Shown in pieces: positions 9,335 to 18,048 of a stretch of 64,000 nt of DNA. The DNA is from Candidatus Babeliales bacterium. GTDB lineage: Bacteria > Babelota > Babeliae > Babelales > JANWKD01. Within the stretch, counting starts at the first letter, position 1; the number at the start of each line of letters is the position of its first letter. The notes under the pieces are model-generated. The model was given only the letters and a program-made list of their open reading frames with translations. It did no database searches and was not told the DNA's origin. The stretch is from the NCBI GenBank assembly GCA_963701665.1, contig OY969622.1, positions 640,001-704,000 of the forward strand, read 5' to 3'. The position numbers and the translations under genes are program-made.

Positions 9335-10363
9335 TTAATTTTTCCCATGGTTACTATTGTGACTAAAATTGAAAGATTCATTTAACTTTTTAATTACAGA
9401 ATCAAAGTCCTTAACTACATTTCCCATTTTTACTTCTACAGGAAATCCATCCTCACCTTGCATAACTATATGGCTTTCACCATTTGGAAATACATGAAAA
9501 TATCGTCCAAAGGAATTTTGAAAAGGTTGCGATTCAATAGCAAATTCTGGATTTAGTAATTTTGTTTTTTGTACTATTTCGTTAAATTGGTTTGTAGTAA
9601 TTAACCAATCACCATTTAAAATATCATCTTTTCTTGGACCAACAGGACTAACCTGATATATTTTCCAGCGCATTTTTTTTGGCTCAATACCCGCTTCTAA
9701 CATAGTTTTACCAATATATGGTACAGAATCTATATTAGGAGCAGCGGCGACAGTTCTTACTGTAAGATTGGTTTTTTCAAAGTTTGTTTGTATAAACTTT
9801 ATTGCTTCTAACACCTTAGAAAAATGCAAAATCGTTCCAATACGCATAATCGCATTTATTTCTACGGTATGCCCATCCAAGGGTAATCCTACATCATTTA
9901 TAAATGGTAATATCGATGCACCTCTTTTAATCATGAGTAGGCCGTTGCTTGATAAGGTAGTGCGTAATCCTAATTCCGTTTTAGTATAACGTGCTAATTC
10001 AGGAAGTTCCTTTTTTAATAAAGTTTCTCCTCCCGTAAATACAACGTTTTTTGTGCCTAATCGCTTTAATTCATATGCTAAGTTTTTCCATTCATTTAAA
10101 GTTACGTCTTCTTTTGCATTATGAACAGGCCCCCAACACCATTTACAATTTAGATTACAAACACCGTTAATGTTCATATCAACTGTTTCAGGAGCACGGT
10201 AATACATTGAACTTAAAGTTGTTAACTTTTTTTGTTGCATTAAAGGGAAAATTGTAGATAAAAGTTGTGTTGATTTTTTAGTTTTTAACACATTTGAACA
10301 AACTTCTTGTCCCTTACATGCAAAACAAAATAGCAATAGTATAGAAAGTCTATGTAGATGCAT
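9335..10363 (-). CDS. Radical SAM enzyme with viperin-like features
   Basis: CNLNCKWC, VVFTGGE, LSSNG, LPLDG and RWKIYQ motifs; hydrophobic N-terminal extension. Confidence 0.85.
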   Translation of the reverse strand: MHLHRLSILLLFCFACKGQEVCSNVLKTKKSTQLLSTIFPLMQQKKLTTLSSMYYRAPETVDMNINGVCNLNCKWCWGPVHNAKEDVTLNEWKNLAYELKRLGTKNVVFTGGETLLKKELPELARYTKTELGLRTTLSSNGLLMIKRGASILPFINDVGLPLDGHTVEINAIMRIGTILHFSKVLEAIKFIQTNFEKTNLTVRTVAAAPNIDSVPYIGKTMLEAGIEPKKMRWKIYQVSPVGPRKDDILNGDWLITTNQFNEIVQKTKLLNPEFAIESQPFQNSFGRYFHVFPNGESHIVMQGEDGFPVEVKMGNVVKDFDSVIKKLNESFNFSHNSNHGKN

Positions 10364-10786
10364 TTATTGTTTTCTTTCGAGATACAAAACATTTTCAAAA
10401 TAGTTTTTGAGAATGTTCTTGTGAGGATTAAATAGTTCTTCTGGTAAATTCGTGAGAGAAAAAAACTTCCACTCATAACAAAGGTCGGGCTCCATATTTT
10501 TGATTTCACCCAAAAATTTTTCAAGCAAAAAAGATATATGAATATAATGACCACGCTCATCAATACAATCCGCTACACTAATTAATCTAAACTCCAAGCC
10601 TTCAATATCTATTTCTTCTTTTAATTCTCTTCTAACGCACTCTCTTATTGATTCGCCTTGTTCTAAATGACCACCTGGCAACCCCCACATTCCTTCGCCG
10701 TAACAATTCTTTCTTTTTCCTAATAAAATGGCATCATTTTTTATTAAAAAAATCTCACATCCAACTTTAATATTTTTGTTGCTCAT
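10364..10786 (-). CDS. NUDIX hydrolase (MutT/NUDT15-like)
   Basis: Nudix box GGHLEQGESIRECVRRELKEE; ILLGKRK and MEP..C.EW motifs. Confidence 0.9.
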   Translation of the reverse strand: MSNKNIKVGCEIFLIKNDAILLGKRKNCYGEGMWGLPGGHLEQGESIRECVRRELKEEIDIEGLEFRLISVADCIDERGHYIHISFLLEKFLGEIKNMEPDLCYEWKFFSLTNLPEELFNPHKNILKNYFENVLYLERKQ

Positions 10787-10943
10787 GACTTACCTTTATA
10801 TATATTTCTAAATTTTTTCTCTAAGAATCATACGTTAAAACGCTTAAAAGGTAAAGGCTGCTAGTCGGTTTAATGGTTTGACTTTTTCTCAGATAATGAC
10901 ACTCTTAATTTTAAAATTAACCTTTTAGGAGAAATGATTACAC

Positions 10944-11120
10944 ATGAAAAATACTGAATCTAAAAAATCAAAAACTACAATTTACATGTCTGAAGAAGAT
11001 GAGACACTTCTTGATGAAGTCTTTATAAAGCGCATTAGAGATCGCAAAAAAACAGATCGATCAACACTTCTTTGCGAAGGCATTAGACTTCTGTATAAAA
11101 AAGAAATAGACCCAAACTAA
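10944..11120 (+). CDS. Small ribbon-helix-helix (CopG-like) regulator, 58 aa, not in the ORF track
   Basis: MKNTESKKSKTTIYMSEEDETLLDE...DRSTLLCEGIRLL; AGGAG upstream; divergent from the NUDIX operon. Confidence 0.7.
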   Translation: MKNTESKKSKTTIYMSEEDETLLDEVFIKRIRDRKKTDRSTLLCEGIRLLYKKEIDPN

Positions 11121-11162
11121 AATTTCTCCATAAAAAGCTAACTCTTGTTTAAGAGATATTTA

Positions 11163-11657
11163 ATGAATTTTATATATGCGCCTGGTCGTTCATCTTATTT
11201 TAAAGATGGATCTTTAAAGACAAAAAAAAGAGAGTCTTGTCTCTTTTGCGAAAAGATTGCACAAGAAAATGACCGTGAAAATTTAATTTTAAAACGGACT
11301 AAAAATTCGGTTATTATGTTGAATTTATATCCATATAATGCGGGTCATATTTTGGTATTGCCTTATATGCATACTGCTGAATTATCAATTTTATCACAAG
11401 AAGATCGTTCTCAGTTAATGGATGATATTAATCATTCTGTTTTGAAACTAGAAGCAGTTCTTTCTTGTGAAGGCATTAATATAGGGATTAATAAAGGCAA
11501 GGTATCAGGTGGAAGTGTCGCTGATCATTTACATGTTCATGTTGTTCCTCGTTATAGTAACGATACAAATTTTATGATGGTTTGTGATGCTACTAAAGTT
11601 GTAGGAATGTCACCATTGCATATGTATGATATTTTAAAAAAACATTTCGATGAATGA
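11163..11657 (+). CDS. HIT-family hydrolase (Ap4A phosphorylase-like)
   Basis: CLFC, LNLYPYNAGHILV and HLHVHVVPR motifs. Confidence 0.92.
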   Translation: MNFIYAPGRSSYFKDGSLKTKKRESCLFCEKIAQENDRENLILKRTKNSVIMLNLYPYNAGHILVLPYMHTAELSILSQEDRSQLMDDINHSVLKLEAVLSCEGINIGINKGKVSGGSVADHLHVHVVPRYSNDTNFMMVCDATKVVGMSPLHMYDILKKHFDE

Positions 11658-11757
11658 TATTAATCATAGGTTGTAATGCTTAATTGTTTGGCTTATTTAC
11701 TTCCATGCCTAAAATTTATCTATTTTAGAAAAGATAACATTTGATTAATTCAAATAG

Positions 11758-12945
11758 TTAGTTTTTATCTGATTGAGCAAAATCACAATATTCACAAATT
11801 CGATTAGTAATTTGATCTTTTGATATTATGGGCGGCTTTGATTGATTTAAACAACTTCTCATATTTTTAATTGTATTTTGAACCCATGAATCATCTATCT
11901 CATAACTTGATATTGATACATAGCACTTTAAATTTTTATCAAATGGCATAAATGAGTATTGGTTTTCTCCTACATTTATATAAAAGAAATAAGCTTTTGT
12001 AGAAACTGCGTATCCATTTTTTTTAAATAACCATGTATAATATGCAACCTGACGTCTATAATTTTCATACCAAGCATCACTTGTTATGCATATATTTACT
12101 CCTTTTGCAGTTGTTTTATATTCAACAATTATTAGTTCATTTTGATTATTTATCCAAACATCATCAACACTACCAAACAAATCAAAATTTGTTTGGTAAT
12201 CATAAAATCTGATTCCTCCATCATAGACATCAATATTATTTTTTTTTCGTTTAGTAGTTTGCCATTTCTTTATAGAATTATACTTATCATTATATGGAAC
12301 CGCATCAATTCCATGATTAGCCATAAATTGAGGATGAGCCTTCCATTTTCGAAAAAAATTCATTTCATTTTTTACTAATTCATCAATTTTTGTAGTTATT
12401 TTAAAAGACTCAGGATCAATACCAGGTCGTTTTTTCCCTCGTTTCAATTCCCTATAAAAACATCTTTGACATTGCAAAAAAAGACTTATTTGCTTCCAAC
12501 TTATTTCTCGCAATCCATCCTGCAAAATAAGTTTCTCTCGCCATTTGAGTTTTGGTATGGCAATACCTGTCATTACAATATATGATTTCATTTTCAAATA
12601 AATAAAATGGTGGCTATTAATATCAATATTAAAACCAATCAGCTCACTAATTTCAATCCATTGATTTGAACTTCTGTGCAATAAAATTGTGCTTAAAATT
12701 TGCATTCCATTTTCATCAATACGTAAACCCTGAAAAATTGATAAGCCATTCTCCTCCAGAAAAGGTCTTGTTGCTATTATAATACATCGAAAGTCTTCAA
12801 TTATACTTTTATAATTACGTAAACCTAATTGCATTTTGATACGAGCTTTAAATAAAGCCGTAGTTAATTCATCAATATTATCAGATTGATAATAAGCGGA
12901 AAATTCGCCTTGCAGGTCTTCAATATGAGATTCAAGATAGACCAT
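11758..12945 (-). CDS. ERF-like domain fused to a PD-(D/E)XK (RecB/Cas4-like) nuclease
   Basis: N-terminal ELTTALFKA...NGLSIFQ...STILLH.S.QWI; C-terminal CQRCFY, GSVDD, IIVEYKT, QVAYY, CEYC. Confidence 0.75.
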   Translation of the reverse strand: MVYLESHIEDLQGEFSAYYQSDNIDELTTALFKARIKMQLGLRNYKSIIEDFRCIIIATRPFLEENGLSIFQGLRIDENGMQILSTILLHRSSNQWIEISELIGFNIDINSHHFIYLKMKSYIVMTGIAIPKLKWREKLILQDGLREISWKQISLFLQCQRCFYRELKRGKKRPGIDPESFKITTKIDELVKNEMNFFRKWKAHPQFMANHGIDAVPYNDKYNSIKKWQTTKRKKNNIDVYDGGIRFYDYQTNFDLFGSVDDVWINNQNELIIVEYKTTAKGVNICITSDAWYENYRRQVAYYTWLFKKNGYAVSTKAYFFYINVGENQYSFMPFDKNLKCYVSISSYEIDDSWVQNTIKNMRSCLNQSKPPIISKDQITNRICEYCDFAQSDKN

Positions 12946-12948
12946 AAT

Positions 12949-13389
12949 CTATTTAACAACTAAGCCAATAATAGAAATGTAAGATTGCATTCGTAAGAAT
13001 GTTAAATATTTTATGGGATCTTTTTCTTCCCATTCTGAATCACCAAATAATTCGTATGCCGAAACCCATTGTCCAGATTTATGCAGAAGTATTGTTCGTA
13101 GTATTTTATGTCCTACATCATCTCTTTGAATTAATTGCGTAACCGCAAGACCATTTTTGACTAATGCAAATCTAGAAGCTTTTATTACGTCCCCAAAATC
13201 CTCCAAAATATCAGGAAAACAATTTTTTAAAATAGGTGTACCTATTTCTGCTTGAGCAATTGATAATGCGCTCCCCAGTTCATTTAATTCAGCAGAACAA
13301 TGAATATCATTTGAAAAATTTTTATTAAATATTTCATTAGAAAATTCATTATGTTCAAATCCAATAGCATCAATCAATATATCATTCAT
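12949..13389 (-). CDS. ERF-superfamily ssDNA-annealing-like protein
   Basis: ELGSALSIAQ.E...L.KNGL.V.Q...LRTILLHKSGQW pattern. Confidence 0.7.
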   Translation of the reverse strand: MNDILIDAIGFEHNEFSNEIFNKNFSNDIHCSAELNELGSALSIAQAEIGTPILKNCFPDILEDFGDVIKASRFALVKNGLAVTQLIQRDDVGHKILRTILLHKSGQWVSAYELFGDSEWEEKDPIKYLTFLRMQSYISIIGLVVK

Positions 13390-13582
13390 GTATAAAACCC
13401 CTAAAAAGAAATAATAATTTTTATTATTTTACACAGATAGAAAATATATGCAAATTTATCAATTAAATTAAGGGTTTTTTTATATTTATATATATACAAC
13501 AAGATATGTAAATGCTTTTTCAGAATGATTTGTGTAATATTAAAAATATTATTATCTATATATTTCGATAAAGGAGAAAGTT

Positions 13583-14233
13583 TTGACTCATTGGGGTTGG
13601 TACTGGAGGATAAAGCAAAAACACATAGCAAGGGCTCTATGCTCTAAATTACCCACGATTGATTCATTTAAGTTGGCGCAGCATATTAAGGCTATGGTTG
13701 GATTTACCGTGCAACCTTTAGGGGTTAAAGCTATAATTCAAGACAATATTTTGAAGGTTATCTATAGAAAGCGCAAAGATTGTTCTTATATTATCCTTAT
13801 CGATAAGCAGCCCTGCAACTACGGCGGATTCCGTTACTTCTTCAGATGTCCCTTATGCCAGAGACGAATGCGGATACTCTATTTTGCAGAGCAAAGTATT
13901 TTTCTTTGCCGTAAATGCTTAAACCTAAGCTATGAAACCCAACATTTAAGGCCAACTAAGCGCTATGACTATATGAGTAAAAAAGTTAAAGATGGTATAA
14001 AAGACAAACAAGGCGATCTAGAACTTTCCAAAAAACCACCTCGAATGCATGAAGATAAATATCAAAAACTTAAAGATAAGCAATTTTATTACGAATGCAA
14101 ATCAAATCAGGCGTTTAACAACGAACTAAGAGAATGGTATGGTGCAAAAATTGAGCCTTATATCGATTGCTATTTTGATTATGTGGATGAAAGTAAGGGT
14201 TGGCAGAAAAATTACCGTGCATTGAATAAATAG
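13583..14233 (+). CDS. Zn-finger protein of a type common in genomic islands
   Basis: PCNYGG.RYFFRCP.C.RR..ILY...CRKC.NL.Y.TQ; start uncertain. Confidence 0.7.
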   Translation: MTHWGWYWRIKQKHIARALCSKLPTIDSFKLAQHIKAMVGFTVQPLGVKAIIQDNILKVIYRKRKDCSYIILIDKQPCNYGGFRYFFRCPLCQRRMRILYFAEQSIFLCRKCLNLSYETQHLRPTKRYDYMSKKVKDGIKDKQGDLELSKKPPRMHEDKYQKLKDKQFYYECKSNQAFNNELREWYGAKIEPYIDCYFDYVDESKGWQKNYRALNK

Positions 14234-14260
14234 TTTTTTTGTCATGATTGCTCTTTCATT

Positions 14261-15487
14261 TTATATCGTTATTTCAATGATCTTTCTCATCAATCTTAAG
14301 CCTTGTTGTAGTTCACCAGTTTGAGCTCGAGGTGAATTTAGGCCTACATTGATTTCTTGCTCAAGTTTATCATAAGCATATCGCGTAATTGTTCGTTCGC
14401 TAATGTAATGCAGTATCCAATTAACCAGCTCCTGATCTTCTTGATTCCATAAAAGTTTTATTAAGTTTAAGTCACGTTGCATTTGAGTTGATAACTTTTC
14501 TATAATCCAAGATCTAACATCAAAGCCTTGCTGTATAGCTTCTCCAATGTCTTTACCAATTGTAGTCGGATAACTTTGTGCATGAGAGTAAAGTGCTTTC
14601 CATTTATCGAACATAATGCTTCCAGCACTGTCGTTATCATGGCAAATCAGTAAAACAGTTTTATGTTTGGCAAGATAATCAGTTGTAGGATCTGGATTTT
14701 TTGTACAACCACCAATAGCTATAATAACGGCGAAATCACCTACTGCATGATGCAATGCATATGCGTCTAATTCAGACTCAACAACGATCATGATAGGGTT
14801 CTTCTTATTGCCAATTATATTAAGGCCTTTCATGCTTCCCGATATTGCAATATATTTAGGCCATTCATCATCTATTTTCCAATTCTTCCGTCGGATCTTT
14901 AATCTTATGACATTTTCATTTTTTTCTATGGCAGGTATAAGTATTCCTGCTGGAAACCAGATTGTTTCTTTGTCTAATCCCCAAGCAGCTCCTTCAAAAT
15001 TTTTGTCCTCTGAAAGCCAACTTATTTTATAATTTTTAATTGCCTCAATGGGCAGGCCTCGCTTATCTAGAATTTGCAAAATATCTTTTTGTAATAGCAC
15101 GCAATCATGCGCTTCTTGAACAAGTTTGTTTGCTTGTTGAATCCAAAGAATAGATGGTTTATCAAGGAGCATAACGGAATTTTTACTTTTTGTGTTTGCA
15201 AAAATAGTTGGCATTTTATCAGCAAGTTTTGCTTCAACATATTTTTCAGCTTCTTTGAAGTTGGTAAAACCAAGATAATCTAAACAAAATTGAATAGAAT
15301 CACCGCGAGCATTACATTGTCGACAAAAATAATAACCTGTACAATTTTTCATTTGTTTGTTGGGTTGTATAACAAATCTATCTGATCCGCCACACACTGG
15401 ACATGGTGAATGATATTCACCGCCCTGGGTATTAGCTGCTCGTTTGGCAATAAGCCCTTTTTCGTGAACAAGATCTAGGAGATCCAT
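14261..15487 (-). CDS. Primase (P4-alpha-type Zn ribbon + TOPRIM)
   Basis: GEYHSPCPVCGG.DRF...YFCRQC...GD; TOPRIM IVVESELDA, HDND.AG, KDIGE. Confidence 0.88.
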   Translation of the reverse strand: MDLLDLVHEKGLIAKRAANTQGGEYHSPCPVCGGSDRFVIQPNKQMKNCTGYYFCRQCNARGDSIQFCLDYLGFTNFKEAEKYVEAKLADKMPTIFANTKSKNSVMLLDKPSILWIQQANKLVQEAHDCVLLQKDILQILDKRGLPIEAIKNYKISWLSEDKNFEGAAWGLDKETIWFPAGILIPAIEKNENVIRLKIRRKNWKIDDEWPKYIAISGSMKGLNIIGNKKNPIMIVVESELDAYALHHAVGDFAVIIAIGGCTKNPDPTTDYLAKHKTVLLICHDNDSAGSIMFDKWKALYSHAQSYPTTIGKDIGEAIQQGFDVRSWIIEKLSTQMQRDLNLIKLLWNQEDQELVNWILHYISERTITRYAYDKLEQEINVGLNSPRAQTGELQQGLRLMRKIIEITI

Positions 15488-15524
15488 TTTTCATTCCTTT
15501 ATTTGATCATTGTGATAATAATCA

Positions 15525-15643
15525 CGTGGTATTGGTGGATTTCGTGGCTTTGATTTATATCTTTCATAAAAAACAACAATAAATATTCAGACAAGTTTTT
15601 AGGAACAAACAAAAACAAATCCACCATATCAACCAATACCACG
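15525..15643. promoter_or_regulatory. Putative replication origin of the element
   Basis: CGTGGTATTGGTGGATTT faces AAATCCACCA and ACCAATACCACG across an AT-rich spacer, between the helicase-like and primase genes. Confidence 0.5.
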
Positions 15644-15652
15644 GTTTTAATA

Positions 15653-17461
15653 TCAAATCTTTCTAATGCGCCACAAAGATGTCCCTTGATGTATGCCATT
15701 TTGTTCTAAGCGTAAGCCGCCCTCTATACGATTTTTGTAGAGCGCTAATTTTTTTGCCAAACTCCGTTGATTAATGGCGCCATTCTTATCGCCAGCTAGC
15801 TCAAGTAGTGATTCTTGAAAAGTTTCTTTTATTTCATCATTATCATCATCATCGATAGCATTATTAACTTGTATAGAATTCATATTCTTAAGTTCTTTTA
15901 ACTTAATAGATCGATCGCCAAAAATTTTATACCAAGTCATGAACAATGAATTTAACATGATTCTTATAGGGTCATTATTCTGTATATCTTTTCGAGTTTC
16001 ATATGGATCGGCCATGCCGAGCCAAACAATTGCAGATCGAATCCAACGGTTCCATTCTTCAAATCTTCCAAATTGCTCAATATTCTGGACTGGACTTCCG
16101 GCAACATGATAAGCACGAAGAATAATTAAACCCGCCAGAACAAGTTTATTACGATTTTCAGGAATATATTTTCGTAGGTCTATTGCAAAAGATCGTTCTT
16201 CAGGATGTTCAACTTGAGGATCAAGTTTGCATAATAATGCTCTTGTGGAAATATCGCCCATAAAAATTAGATTGTTTCCCGTTACAAGAAAAGTTGCAGT
16301 GGTGAGTACTGTTCTTGTTTCATTTCCTCCCAAGAGACGATCTTTGTATTCTTGTTGAGTTAAAATAGAACATAAAGCAGCGCTCTTGAACGGTTTTTCT
16401 ACGTTGTCATAACAAACAATAGGATCGCCCTCAATTAAAACTGCCATGATACGTTTTTTTTCTTCAGTTTCGTTTTCTGCTTGAGCAATTACACTATTGG
16501 GTTTTCCTGTAGCAATAAGTGAAACAACATCCGCCAAAAGACTTTTTCCGCTGGCCATTTTAGGCGCTGTAAAACCGAATAATGGTGCCGTTGTAATAGA
16601 TCTTCTAACAAGAGCGGTAAGAATTGCAGCAAGTGTAACTGATTTACTTGCGGCATTTTCGAAAGGAAACTCTTCTAAGATTTTCAGCAGTTCATCTTTA
16701 GCTCTTTGAGCATCTTCCAATGTAGGCTCTGTTGGAATTTTACCAAATGTATAATTACCCGGAAAAAACAAAAGGCCTGAAGCATCATCATAACCAGGTT
16801 CATCTAAAATGGAGCAATCTGCACGCAGTGTAGGAGCATTAATGATTCCTGTTAGCACGGGTATATTCCATTGTTGTTTTGCAAGCAAATATTTAGAAAT
16901 TCTTTCTGGGCAATCAATTTTTTTAAACTTTCCTGTACGAGTATCAAAATTTAAAAAATTTCCACGTTTAGTCAGATGTACTGTTAAAAACGCTTGGTCA
17001 ATTTCTTTAATAATTACGGCATCATGTGATCTTTTTATCAGTATTCTTTTATTGATTGGAGAGTGTAAAATTTTTGCGATATGAACCAATTTTCCAGATC
17101 TTTGATAGATATGATCTTCCCGCGATAGGAGCAATTTTTCTGCATCTTCTACAACTTCTGGCAACTTTGAGGGCTCAAGATATATTGTACTTTGAAATGA
17201 ATGTTTTTTTGTTTGATATGTTTTATAAGATTCTTGTAAACTAAGAACTTGTGATGCTTCGGCCTGACCTAAATCTTCAATTGATAATACGAATAAATTT
17301 TCCCATGATGTATCGCCATAACCAAACTCTGCTTTTTTTGTATTAAGATCATTCTCTTCATTTATTAATTCATCGTATTCGGAATTACGAATCTCTTGGT
17401 AAAATGATGTTACGCTGTTAGTTTTTTGCTCTTTTTTGATATTTTTGCTATCATTACTCAT
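15653..17461 (-). CDS. Primase-associated P-loop ATPase / helicase-like replication protein
   Basis: Walker A APKMASGKS, Walker B-like IVCYDNV, TGNN, R-finger-like STR. Confidence 0.75.
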   Translation of the reverse strand: MSNDSKNIKKEQKTNSVTSFYQEIRNSEYDELINEENDLNTKKAEFGYGDTSWENLFVLSIEDLGQAEASQVLSLQESYKTYQTKKHSFQSTIYLEPSKLPEVVEDAEKLLLSREDHIYQRSGKLVHIAKILHSPINKRILIKRSHDAVIIKEIDQAFLTVHLTKRGNFLNFDTRTGKFKKIDCPERISKYLLAKQQWNIPVLTGIINAPTLRADCSILDEPGYDDASGLLFFPGNYTFGKIPTEPTLEDAQRAKDELLKILEEFPFENAASKSVTLAAILTALVRRSITTAPLFGFTAPKMASGKSLLADVVSLIATGKPNSVIAQAENETEEKKRIMAVLIEGDPIVCYDNVEKPFKSAALCSILTQQEYKDRLLGGNETRTVLTTATFLVTGNNLIFMGDISTRALLCKLDPQVEHPEERSFAIDLRKYIPENRNKLVLAGLIILRAYHVAGSPVQNIEQFGRFEEWNRWIRSAIVWLGMADPYETRKDIQNNDPIRIMLNSLFMTWYKIFGDRSIKLKELKNMNSIQVNNAIDDDDNDEIKETFQESLLELAGDKNGAINQRSLAKKLALYKNRIEGGLRLEQNGIHQGTSLWRIRKI

Positions 17462-17514
17462 ATGAAATCCTTAAATTTATAAGCCATCAATCAGCATTGA
17501 TGGCTTTGCTTTTT

Positions 17515-17781
17515 TTACTGATGTGTCACTTCTTCAAGTTTTACTATGATTGCCTCTTCTATATGTTTTGCTATTGATTTATTAATGGGATGAAAGATAT
17601 TGAGATTTCCGCTTGAACTTTTGCGTGTTGGGTATGTTATTCTGTATCCTCCGGCGGGCCGAGTATAAATTCCTATGCCTCCTAGATAAAAACTGTTATC
17701 AAAAACAATACTTGCAAATCCAACAAGGCCATCTATAGGTTTAATAGGAGTTATCTGAATTTCGCTGATTTTGTTTTTCAT
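17515..17781 (-). CDS. SpoVG-like nucleic-acid-binding protein
   Basis: ISEIQI......L.GFASIVFD..F.L.GI.I......Y.I.YP....F.PI pattern. Confidence 0.75.
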   Translation of the reverse strand: MKNKISEIQITPIKPIDGLVGFASIVFDNSFYLGGIGIYTRPAGGYRITYPTRKSSSGNLNIFHPINKSIAKHIEEAIIVKLEEVTHQ

Positions 17782-17932
17782 TCGTATACCCTTTCGATAC
17801 GTTTTCATTTTGGTCCCATTCCATAAGCAATGAAAAAAAATCAACAACTGGCTTATACTCGTCGATTAGCCAAGGTTGAGTTTCTTTTTGGGATGCATAA
17901 ATGTGCGTGATAATATTTTTTTTCTTTTTCAT
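17741..17932 (-). CDS. Small hypothetical protein
   Basis: AGGGG RBS; co-oriented with the replication module. Confidence 0.45.
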   Translation of the reverse strand: MKKKKNIITHIYASQKETQPWLIDEYKPVVDFFSLLMEWDQNENVSKGYTNEKQNQRNSDNSY

Positions 17933-18048
17933 ACCCCTTACTATTGCAAAAAGTGTGGTATGAGAAGCGCTGAGCGTACGCCCGGCGTAAGTATTGAGAA
18001 GATTGTTAGCAAGAGGGGATATGCTACAGACTTTGTTCTTATAGAGGT

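Noticed and set aside
9335..10363. Confident call as a bona fide prokaryotic viperin
   Set aside because: Lacks the canonical N-terminal viperin signature; kept only as viperin-like.
11758..12945. Cas4 or CRISPR locus
   Set aside because: No cas1/cas2 and no repeat-spacer array seen; the context is phage-type recombination.
13401..13631. 76-aa minus-strand ORF
   Set aside because: Extremely AT-rich region between divergent genes with low-complexity translation; probably promoter DNA.
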